Shown piece by piece: positions 12,655 to 24,553 of a DNA stretch of 64,000 bases; position 1 is the first letter of the stretch, and the number at the start of each line of letters is the position of its first letter. The stretch is taken from the NCBI GenBank assembly GCA_010405405.1, contig MU004235.1, positions 1,626,538 to 1,690,537 of the forward strand, in the 5' to 3' direction. The notes beneath the pieces were generated by a model. It was not told the origin of the DNA, ran no database searches, and saw nothing but the letters and a program-made list of their open reading frames with translations. This DNA comes from Microthyrium microscopicum (Eukaryota). The translations under genes were made by a program, and so were the position numbers.

Positions 12655-13470
12655 CCGGATTCCAATTTGAAAGAATGGAGAGTTCCAATTCAAGAGCTCT
12701 CCTTTGTTAATCAGACCATTTGCTGCTATCAGTCATTCCGCCTGTGTCCGCGTTCTAGACAATCAGTATACTTAGCCCATCCTTGCCCACCTAGATGTTT
12801 GATAACATTGAAACTTTCCAGGTGTAATATCAGTACTGATGGCAGCACTTTCCTGCCACATGTCAACAAGTCACAGTAGAGGTTCGAGTAAGTTTCTCGA
12901 TTGAGCTTCCTGTTGTATACAGTTTATATATCGTTCTCTATTTCGCAAATAGTAGATACTGCCACATCTACTTGGCCAGGTCCTGGGCCCTACTGGCAAG
13001 CTTGAACCTCGAAGTAACATTTAGCGATCTTTAAGGCTCATCCAAAGAGGGTCACTGTCTGGTCCTATACTTGAATGGGATACCGCTAACGTTGGTTTGG
13101 TTAAATCTGCTTACAACGGGTGGAAATTGATTACTCCCCCTGCAAATACCGGCTTACCACCTCCGTACTTTTAAGCTATTAGGTGACTCTAGCCTTTGAA
13201 GCGTGGGCTTGTGGGATTGCCGGATGGGAAAGAATGCTCTGTCACCTCACTAATACTATTTCTAAAGTGAAATGTGACGCGAAGGCAGTTGCTTCTGTTA
13301 CCGATGGCCCACCAGCTTCTCTTGGTTCAGTATAAATTCGTTCCCGCTCGTAGATTTTTCAACAACGTTACCCAACCTCTTACCTTACGCAAGATTCTAT
13401 AATTTTTCCAATTGGCCGCGTACTATCAATATATCTGCGCACTCAATAACACTCGCTCGCATCGCTAATC

Positions 13471-15597
13471 ATGAACTTTTCGCGCCATGAACCGCAAGGA
13501 CTGGAAGCCATACAACCTCCAGAAAATCATATCTTCAATCTACCCAACGAGGTTCTCGAACTGATCCTGGGCTTTGCCGCAACACGGGCATCCACACATA
13601 TCTCACGGTGAGTTCTTTCTTCTGTACCCTCACACGATGACGACTATCATTTTTGGGCCCTAGAGCACTCCACTATCACCATAAAGAACACTTTACTAAC
13701 AAGTACAGGGTGGACTCTATTCAAGTCTGCGATTGCGAGTGGGGCATACATGTTTCTGATATTGCGTTGGTCTGTTGGCGATTCTCTTGCATCGTCGAGC
13801 CATTACGCTTTCGCCAACTCCGACTTAGTATGCCATTAAGAACTCTTCCTTGGGATAATCTAGATGATTGCCTTGAATTCGCTGAGACAAAATTACGGAA
13901 ATACTGCTCGGTCTTACACATTGATCTAACTCGAAACCCGTTGGCCATCTACAAAGCGCAACGGGAGGCGCACAAAGCAGACCTGCTAGATTCCATGCCA
14001 GAACCCAAGAATATCGTGCTTTGGAAGCCAGTAGAAGCAAAACTCAAGATGTCAAAACTTATCCTTAGTGCTTTGACTAATGTCACTTGCTTGGTTCTAC
14101 ACTGGAGCGACATCAGCTCTGACTTTGACAAAGGCTTTGAGTTCTACTTCCAAGAGGCAATGCGCTTTGGGGAATCTAGGTCGTTCGTGAAGCACAATCC
14201 CAACAGCCTGGTCTTCGGTCTCCTCATCAAAAAGTGGTTGAAAAACCTTCGACACATTGACATAAGAGACAATACGACCGGTGAGCAGCATGGCAGTACC
14301 AATCTGAACAAGTAAGATCTTCCTAAAATTCCGGACGACTTTGTCACTAATAACACACTCTAGGATCCAGTCAGCTATATTAACTGGACTCCCGGCCAAC
14401 CATTTAGAGTCCATTTCTTTTCGTCAATGCGAGAAATACCCCGAGGGTAAGTCTTAATGCGCCATAAATCTCCTGATACTAGCAACCATCTTCATTTGAC
14501 GTTCTATGGAGAGAAAGCAACGCTCTAACCAGCGGATCAAAGTGGCTGCTATGGTTTTCTTATTGTCAAAACCTCAGCTTATCTCAAGGCGAAACCTGGG
14601 AGTGGAAACCCCAGCAAGGCGCAGAATATTCTCCTAACCTCTATATTGCACCTATTAGTCATTTACTTTGACCTTATGCTAATAACTGCCAGGGATCGAC
14701 CTGATACACTCGCAAATCCTCCATCATCGAAAGTCTCTCAAACGACTTTGCCTAGTCGGCACTGGTAAGTACCTTTCCATCCCACAAAACTTGACCAAAA
14801 AAGATGGTTTCTCCTAGATGAACACGGTGCCTACTTAGGGAGGTATTCACCAGAAGCAGCTTGCATGAGCTGAGTTCATCACAAACTCTGACCATAGCGG
14901 TTGGTGCCGATCTCATCTGGCACATCCTACTTCCACATTACCAGCAAACTTCAATTCAGATTCTTCCACTGACCGATCCTCTCAGGCGCCGAATGGGATC
15001 CAGCAGGAAATCTCATATTGCCGACAGGGTTGACCAATTTGACTCATCTTGAGCTGGCTTTCCGACCAAGGGCAAGCACAATGCCGCAGCACGCCATCCG
15101 GCCAACAGCCCACGCTGTGTTTGGGTGGAAGACAGTAAATCGTGCAATCTTGATTCCAACACTAACGACCTTCACCTGGAACTTGCTCTATAGTCGCACC
15201 CTACAAACCTTCGATACCCCCGAAGAAGCCTGGCTATTTATTTTCATCGGTACGAATCCCCAACATGTATCTTCTGCTCATCACTCTGTCTTTAGTTGGG
15301 ATGAAAAACTGCTAACAAATTGCAGAGACGGTTCTTGAAGACAAACACAAACTTCAGCACATCCACGTAAAGTACAGACCAAATTATGAAATCAAGCCGG
15401 TCTTGAGCTTCCACTATTCCAGATATCCTGGACGCCTTCGAAAGGATTTTGTCTGTCCTTGGGAGAGACTCGTGCGGATTGGTAAATACGCGAGAGCTCA
15501 TGTTATTGACATTTCATGGTCAAAAACACGTTGGACGAGAATTCTTTATGACAAGATGATATCACAGGGATTAGAAGAGCCTCAGCCTTCCTCATAA
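13471..15597 (+). CDS. Array paralog D: F-box-like protein, intron-rich (middle exons uncertain)
   Basis: Exon 1 (13471-13607) has IFNLPNEVLELIL. In-frame introns 13608-13708, 14312-14363 and 15250-15325, with further donor/branch sites at 14447-14985. VCDC; KLQHIHVKYRP..CPWERLVRI..WSKTRW. Confidence 0.6.
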
Positions 15598-16580
15598 TGG
15601 GGATGGGTAGCAAGGACTGGGGATTGGAAAGGCAGTTCTTATTGTTTTCAAAGTCTTTCACTCGATGGATCTGCGAGTGTGGCTGTTAGTTAGCATACAT
15701 TGGTCAGAGTTTTCATAGTTACAAACTATTTTCATCACTATATCTACACGTAGGTTTTGTTGTCTAGCACGTCAAACCAGAACACATGTCGACAGTCACT
15801 TTCCCGGTCTGATATTTTGAGTATAAGCAAGCCTCCATCGTTTGCTAGAGACATGACATTGCTTTATAGCCGCCAGACTCTTGAGTTATATATGCTTCCT
15901 AGCACTTTGAAGGGTTAGATAGAGTTTGAAGACGACAGCGTTCTATCAAGAGTCTCTTCTTTTCTGCTGAGCGATGGGGACAAAACTGAATGGTATCACT
16001 CCACCCACAATTGGTTTTGAGCGTCTCACTGCGACTTGGACTTCCACTCAAAATCTTGTTGGATCTCCTATCTACCTACTTCTCAATGCATGTGAACAAA
16101 TTTCATGATCAATGAGAACATGAAGCCGGTATATAACTCAATAAAGTGGCAGGCTCCTCTTGAGGCTCTTCTCTCGCTGTTGTATCTTTGAGCGCGTGCT
16201 ACTTGATCTTTCTTTCTGCGATCTCTAACTCTCGCTTAGAGCCTCAGAAACATGTACATATACCTCTATTTGATATGTATCGACCGGCGTAGCCGCTGGA
16301 TAGGTGGTATTTGATTAGCGCTGATGATTTGCGCCCGATCTTTTACTACAATGGTCACCGACATACCGATTTACCGATTTATAACCGTAATTTCTGAGCA
16401 CGGTTGTAGTTATTTCGATATAGAAAGGAGCTAATCATGAATTATGAGAAGGTACGCTCCTTCATATAGTCTAGCGTTACTTGTTAAGCTGCCACCTTGC
16501 CTGGCTACAACTTCTACTTTGTACTATACCCTCAATGCACCGCTCAAGCTTATTGGACATTCCATGCTAACTTTTTCTAG

Positions 16581-16882
16581 ACACAGCCGTGGGTAAGAAG
16601 CACAACCTTCGACATATTCGAGTGGAGTTCGCGCCGGAACGATCCGAGGAGCCATCCAGCACAGGCCAGCATATTGGTTACATGTCGCTTGGTGTGCAGC
16701 TGAGTTACCATTATTTCGGGTATCTCGGACGAACCGGGAACGAGTTCGTGTATCCTTGGGATAGACTTAGGCGGCTGGCAGACAATGCCGCAATGCATGG
16801 CATCAAAGTTTCGTGGGCCAAAGAGACTTGGTCGAGGGTTGACTATGATAGACTGGTAGCGACAGCACCCAGTATGGCTTGA
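16581..16882 (+). pseudogene. Array member E: orphan terminal exon homologous to the last exon of paralog D
   Basis: GCTAAC..TTTTCTAG acceptor ending at 16580; TAVGKKHNLRHIRVEFAP..YPWDRLRRLA..WAKETWSRVDYD; no in-phase upstream coding exon found. Confidence 0.55.
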
Positions 16883-17392
16883 CAAGCTGGACGGACGCGG
16901 TAGAGCAGGGCAGACGGCGGAAGAGGAGCTGATTTGTCTTCTTGTGTTGGTTACGATGTCCATCATGCACAACATGGGTATAGCATGTGCCAGGAAAGGT
17001 ATCGAACGCTTTCTTTCCTAGGATATATACAACAGCGTCAAATTACAGCCCAACACTTTTCGATATCTGCTAAGCACCGTCGACTAAATCAAGCTAGGAC
17101 ACGTATTAACCATCATACTAACATCTAACATTGTACACTACGAACTATTTTCATTGATTAGCTCAATAGTGCTGTTTTTCTCATCCACTTAACAAAAAAT
17201 ATGGAGTACCGTTGCACTAATATATTACACCCCGTCATCTCTGATTTATATGCGCAGTCTCCTCCAGCTCAAAAACAAACATCCCCACAAGCGAGCCCAC
17301 TCACTGCTCAAAGAACCGCTTCTCGGCGTCCGACGTTTACCAGAGCTGCTTGGGGAATGCCATATAATCTCATCTCCACAGAATTGAAGAAT

Positions 17393-19889
17393 CTAAACAC
17401 CAGAGTCAATCTGGTCTGGAACATTGTCAGCGACGTATCCGGCCCACTTGGTGCAAGTGTCAGTGACGGCGCTGGGGATTGTGATGTTGCGGATGTCGTC
17501 TGGACGCTCGACGAGAGCGACGTAGAGACCAGCAGATACGTGCCATGCCCTATTGATTTCAATTAGTATCTTAATCATCAAGCACGATGTGTAGTTTGAC
17601 TTACAAATGACAATGCAGGATGTTGATGCTGGGGTTATCAAGCTCAATCTGGATAACAGTGTACGAGCGTGTGCCATCAGCCTGAGCCTTCTGCAAGAAC
17701 TGCACATCACGACGCTGTGGGTTGCTTGGATTGGTGATAGAGCCGTCCCAGGTGCCGAATCCTTCGGCGAGAACTTGGAAGTTGTGGCCGTGCATGTGCA
17801 TGGGATGGGCGGTAAAGGGGAAGGAGTTATACATGACGAAGCGGACTGTGCCGGAGTTGGGCAGGGTGTATACGTTCCTGTTTTGTATTAGCATATTGGT
17901 AGATTGTATGGGAGAGTGGTGGAGGACTCACCATTCAGGTTTGGGGTTCAATTGGCCTTGGGCGGCGAGCGCGAGCTGAGACACATCATAGTCTACACGG
18001 GCGGAGATGTTGTTGACAGTCCAGAGATAGTTGGTTCCGTTGTTGGTGAAGTCGATGTTGAAAACTTGAGTGTAGAGATCACCGACGGGGTCAGAGCTGA
18101 TCTCGAACTGTGGAACGGTCTGGGTGAGGGGATCGTTGCTGCAGGTATAGATCTGGTCGGATGTGATGTCGGTCTCAGTGGTCGGGACAGCATCCGGATC
18201 CGCATCCTCGTAGTATATGACAGCTGTGGCATTGGGTGCAATGCCGTCGGGAAGAGAGCAGCTGGCTTGACCAACACCAAGTTGGGAACGGAACCAGTAG
18301 CTGCCAGTAGAATCACCAGTGGCTTCAACAATGACATCAGTACGCTGGCCGATTCCGAGGGTAATGAGCTCAGTCTCATATGGAACAATGGGAACGAAAT
18401 CGTTAGCGATGACAGTGAACTTGTGGCCGTCAATCGAGATCTTTTGGAAAGCGTCGGAGGATGGGTTGATAAGACGCATGCGGAATTTCTTTCCAGACTC
18501 GAAGGCGAACTTGGCAAGACCAGCGTTAGGAGTGCAAGGAGCGGTGGTGTTGGCGCAAGGGTAGTTGGCCTTTCCGTTGATAAGATTGTTGTTGGATGGA
18601 TCTGGGAGACCGGTGGTGCTGTTCATGACATCGGCGACTAACTTGTAGTATGGGTCGTGATACCAATCGCCAACCATGACTGGACCAATATCCTCATCGT
18701 AGCCAGAGCACTGGGGAGTGTCGTTAGGACCGTGGATGATGATAGCACCGTAGACTCCACCAGAGTATTGGGCAGAGTAATGCGAGTGCCACCAAGAAGT
18801 ACCATATTGATCAGCGCGGAAAAGATAGGTGAAGCTGTCGCCTGGAATGATTGGGCACTGCGCAACAGATGGAACACCGTCCATGAATGGAGTCTCCTTC
18901 TGGAGCAGACCGTGCCAATGGATGGTGGTACCTTCAGAGTTTCCAAGATTTCCATCAAGATTGTTGGTGACCTCAACCTCAATCCAATCACCCCAGTTGG
19001 CCTCGATGGTTGGTCCAGGGAATCCACCGTTGACGACAAGACCTTGCTTGGTGACACCATCTGGTGCGATTGTCTTGTAGGAGACGTCGAATTTATATTT
19101 GCGGGTGACGTTGGTCTCTGGGACAATTCGGGGATCGATGACAACGCAGTCAGTGCTGTTACCACCAGTTGTTCCGTTGATTCCTGATGAAGGTGTGCTG
19201 CTTGGGATGGAGTAGGTGTTGGTTGGACCTCCAGATAATGAGCCACTGGCTGGGACAGAGCCAGTTGGTTTGCCAGAGAAAGTTGGCTTACCAGATCCTG
19301 TGCGCGAAAAAACCGAGCCAGTGGGTTTAGAAGTTCCAGTTGTCTTTGATCCAGAACCGCTGGATCCACCACCGTGACCACCCTTTGGTGGGGGATTTCC
19401 TTTCCATGGTGGGTTGCTTCCCCAAGGAGATCCAGGTCCCTTACCAGGGAGAGGGCCACCATATCTTGGTGCATTAGGGAGACCAAGATTGCTGTCACCG
19501 TTTTGCTGTTGTGGAGACAATGATGGCTTGAGGTTGGATCCACTTGGGAGCCATGCTGGTCCAGAGTATTGTCCAGCAGCAGGTCCACCTTTTCAAATTA
19601 GATATATCAAAACCAAGGAGGGCATATATTTACCAGGTGGGTATTGACTGGGCACTGGTCTTGTGGTTACAATCTCTGTAGTTCCAGTTTCCACAGCCTT
19701 GCCACCGCCCTGGCCAGCCTCAACTGTGATAGTCGTGTAGACCGTCGTTGTTCCACGAGGTCCACATTTCGATTGTGTTGGGAAAGCATAACTTGTGGCA
19801 TTAGAAGAGTGTTTAGGAGCAGAGCCAGAGGAATGCGCAGCAACGAGGCCGCCGAGGGCCAAGCCGCTCAAAAGGGAGCGGGCAACCAT
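17393..19889 (-). CDS. Laccase / multicopper oxidase (AA1, ascomycete type), 4 exons
   Basis: Signal peptide; copper motifs HWHG, WWHSH, HPMHMHGH and HCHLAWHVSAGL; C-terminal DSGV; introns 19589-19633, 17878-17931, 17550-17604. Confidence 0.93.
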
Positions 19890-22800
19890 AAGTATTAAAT
19901 ATCAAGTACAAGAAACGAAAGTGTTAACGATTGACTGAAAAAACGAGTGTATTGTCAACGAATGACGAGCAGATTGAAAAGAACGACTGTACTTGAAAGA
20001 GTGAATTTGAGAGATTAATTAGTAGCGCAAACTTGGGGAAAGGAGCGATATCTATTTGAAGGATATCACCCAAGACGCCTCCTCGGGAGGATAGGAAAGG
20101 ATCATCTTGCTGTAAGCCACATTTACAGTCCGCGCTTTGAGTGGTGGAGCTTGGGACCATTGGGCCAACCGCTAAATACAGGAACTGCATTCTGCAGGAA
20201 CCCGTAGAAACAGAGGCGTTAAGAGTTCTAGGATTTCGAGTCGAGTTGAGGCTTCCGGAACCGCGGTGGTTGTTTCTCGCAACAAATGAAGCTCAACGGA
20301 AAGTGGGGATGAGCCACGCTAATTCTCCGCATTTATCGTTTTTGACAGCTTTATGGATGAATCCTACACGCGTTGTAGACAATGGCTTGTAAGCTCTAGG
20401 CCTGTCGCATAAACAATGATTATCTCAATGGTTTGACCTAGTTGGTTTATCGTCAAATCGTTGAAACTTGGGAGCCTGAGGAGAAGTTCTAGTCAGCTTA
20501 TGGCGCACAAGATCCATTTTGGGAAGTTCGGGATATTCAGTGCCAAGTGGATGTCTTTTATTCTCGTGCCGGAACGAAATAAATAACCAATGAGCACAGA
20601 GTTTGAGGATTAGAATACACTGACGACTCGTATTATCGTGTTGTAATCATGCCACAGGCGCCCAAGGTACAGTCAACGTATGCCTACGCAGGCACAGTGC
20701 AAATCTCCTCACAATACGGTACCGCTAGCTGCTAGGCGAAAGACCAGAAATTTGAAAGCAGCTCTTCTGTGAGACTGTGAGGCACTGACGACTCGATTGG
20801 AGCTTATCGGTACAATCATGATTAGTGCGATATAGAATTCGACGCGCCACCTGGATGTGATGTTTAGGAACGGAAGCTTGCGGTCAGTCTTGAGCATTGT
20901 ATTCATTGTATTCATTGTATTTATTTTCAATGGAATTTATCTCTGAAAATTGATTTCTCTCCGATCCCTTTTCAGCAGACTTATAGATGCATAATGGATT
21001 GTACGATTTGATTTGCATTGATGCTGTTGAGATAAGGAAGCCACACCCGTCATTAGTAGCAAAAGTAATTATTGAACTTGTAGTTGCAACTACTCGTGGG
21101 TGAATTTTCTACACGCGGCACTTTAAGGGACTTGCTCAGGGGTAATTTCCATTTTGCTTGGGCTCAGACGTTCCCTAGAAGGCTGAACCGTTACGGCTCC
21201 TCCCCAACCCGAGTCTAAAACATTGAACCAGCCACAACCACAACCAACATTGAACAAGGTACAAATCAATACTAAAGTTTAAACCCCAGCATGTCTTTTG
21301 CCGCTTGTGCGCTTGTCAAGCTTTTCAGGCGCCCAATGATTACTGCTATCAAGCCATATCTCACTGTTTCGGCACTTACCATAACTTATCCCCCTTTTTG
21401 GTCGTTGTTTGCAGAACTTGCAGCTTACAGTCTCCAAGAGTCCAAGGTTAAGGATCAAGTTGAACCCGAGTTGGCTCTTTTGATCCTCCACTTAATTTCC
21501 GGGGATGCACAAACATTGGCTTGATGGTGCGATGAGGCTTAAAGGGCGTTGACGCCGTCGCAACTAGCTTTGAGCTTGATTTTCTTGCAAGGCTTTGATT
21601 TGACTGCTTCAAAGCCTTCAAGCACGCGACAAGATTTCGTGCCTGTCACCGTCACCCACCTTGGCCCACTTGGTGACAGGTCGCAGGAATATTCCCAATT
21701 AGGCCTGTAACCAAGCTATCTTTCGTTAGCCAAGACTAAGAATGGGATGAAGCACTTGGTGTTGTCGATCTCACTCTTGCCTGCCGTCAGTAGTCAGCAC
21801 TCAGCACCATGCGCGTTTGTTTAGAATCCTCAATTCGCTTCTCCTGAAATACAAATATTATCTCTACACGACTTGTACCGAATACGTAAAAGTGAAGCAT
21901 ACCCCCTGGAGAGTAGATCAGTCATTATCGTTTCGTAAGTTGTCCACTTTGTTAGTTCGGTTCTTCTCGTGGCTTGACTTTGCCTGCTTTGCTCCTTCCG
22001 AGGAAGAACTTCTTTCATTTCGGGACAATTGTTCTAGCGCCGACGGCTCAGTAGTTCAAATCTCACAGATGTTTCAGCTTTGACCGATTCTTGCTTCCTC
22101 ACGAAAACGCGTCGCGGCGACGCGGTACAGACTCGCGCCTGGCAAGGCTAGCCTTAAGGAGATGTTCATGATTTTATCAATCGGATCACTATGTTATGCT
22201 ACACGCAGACGCGCCATGGGTGCACAACTCCAGATGTGTATATTCCGGGCCTAAGGTCCGCTCCATGGACATGTTTTCTGGTAGAATGATGATGCTTTGT
22301 TACGACCATTTTGCAGTTTTATGCAAGAGGCCGAATCCCGTTCCTGAGAGCTGGAATTGAGGGAAATGGATAATTTCATTATGGCATGGCGGCATGATGA
22401 TGACAATACCGGCCACTTGGGAGTCAAAGCGAGTCTCCAAATCCAGACTCTTTGTCTTGACTTTTGGCCTTGGCTCAACGAGTCTTCGAATTCGGCCGTC
22501 TGTAATCAAGTTGCACAGCCTTGTGGAGGTGGCGCGGGAGGACTCTTGATTGATTGAACTCATTATCATCTCTTTTTTGGTACCAATTGATAAATCAGGT
22601 CCAGAAGCATCTTAAAATACCTTGTCTCTATGAGAAGTGCCTGTCCGATCAGACATCACATATGTTGGACGCAGTCCGACAGAACACCACCGGCTTGATA
22701 CAGTTACTGAAAAATGTCCTGCTCACGTTATTGCTCAACGAGTTTTTTGATTTGCGATGTCTAGCAGCCTGTCGAAGTTCCTCGTTATCAAGTTTGTTGG

Positions 22801-24553
22801 AGCAATGTTCAGTACACATGTACAGAGCTCACAGACATTCTAGAGAGCAGACACATAGCTGTGTACTTTATTTAGTGCTGGTATCGTGCCGTCAGGAAAT
22901 ACAGTAACTCAAAATCTCAATTCGACAACTTTCTTGATACGTTTATGAATTGCCCTGACATTGACTTGAGCATCGTGCCAGCTCATGTCGTTATGTAAGT
23001 CGGAGACTGAATACTCAGTACTCCCAGCGAAGTCGACTGTAATCAATAATAATAGTATCTCTATCGTTTACAGCACTGGCCGCTGTTCTCGGCGTCGTTT
23101 CACTGGCATGTGTTGGATAGTCTGTGTCAATAGGTAATGGCAAGTTATGTTATTGATGTTGGTCTGAATCTGAGCTAGTAACATACCGACAACACGGTAA
23201 ACCAATCAGAATAAAATGAATGTTATGCTGGCGCCCATATATGACATTTACCATGCGCTGCCCTTGATCACAATATGCTGTATCTTACATTGAATCTGGA
23301 TCAGAGCTTAACTCTTCTTTGAAGTGCAACACTGTCAACGTGCTTGATGGCAGTTCCTTTGTCTTGGTCGATGGTCTGTATATAGAGACAAAGAGACTTG
23401 AGACTGTGCAGAATATGTTCCAGCAAATACAATTATGCCAACAGACAGGAAAAACAGCTAGACATACCAGAAGATACAAGTGGATGTCATGTAATGGTAT
23501 CATCCCTGTATGTTCACCCAATATTGCAAAATTAAACACCGAGTATTTCAGCAAGCACAACCTGTTTCTTGTATAAAAGTACCCTGAATTGATCCAATTT
23601 CCAGTTATCATTCTAGTAGTCTTAACTTTATGCCATATTTCCAAAAGTTCACCAGATCAAAATTTCGATGGATGTAGCACCTCTCTCATGCATTTTTTCA
23701 TGGGGTTTCTCCAAAGTTTCGTTATTGGAATTAAAAATTGCCCAGCACTATCTAAGAGCTATTTTATACAGCTTTGACCCTTCGTCAAGTGGTAATAATA
23801 TGTTGTCGTTGAGATATATTGCAGTGACGAGGAGGATAACGCTCATAGTTCACTACAGACTTTAAGCTGAGTCGAAATTTAAAGATTTTATCTTCTAAAA
23901 GCTGCTAGCGCTCGTCAAGGCTTTTTGATATCTTTTTTTAAGATTAATGGTTGGAAAGATCATATATGTGCAGATATCTTGCAGTGATATGATGCACTAC
24001 TCGATAGGCTGGCCTGTTGGCCGGCCCAAGCCAGAACTATTCAACGCTGGGGGTCCTCAAAAATTCTGGGATGGAGAATATTCTTATATCTGGATATGAT
24101 GATATTGGCAATTATCATCGCGACTTAAACCTAGCAACCGAAAAGTGAGCATAATACATGACAAACGTTTATGAAGGCGATGGATACTATGACCTAGAAT
24201 ATGTGAATGACACTATTACTCCTATGACACTGTATTTGTTTCTACGTTACCTTGTATTTGAGATACATTTCGAGATCGCATAGATACTAGAGGACAGACA
24301 TTTTGGTGGAAGGCAGTTTACAGATCGTAATTAAGGCAGATATCGTACTCGATAGTAGATAAGCACTTACTCAGGGGAAGCATGCTCCTCAACTTGACAT
24401 AGCCATTTGAACTTATCATCAAACGGCTATTGCTTACCTTTGAAGCCGAGCTTCTTTGTCTTGACTTACCACCTACCTTGATCTTTGGCTGTGCTTTCAT
24501 TAGCTGCTCACCTCATCCACATGGAAATATTCGCAAACCCATCCAGCTCCCGT

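Noticed and set aside
17904..19588. Long antisense and alternate-frame ORFs over the laccase
   Set aside because: Shadow ORFs caused by codon bias, with no independent motifs
20894..20922. (CATTGTATT)x3 repeat
   Set aside because: Ordinary short intergenic tandem repeat
22108..22124. Perfect 8-bp inverted repeat CGCGTCGC-G-GCGACGCG overlapping ACGCGT
   Set aside because: Too short to support a call; at most a promoter-like element with no intact gene attached
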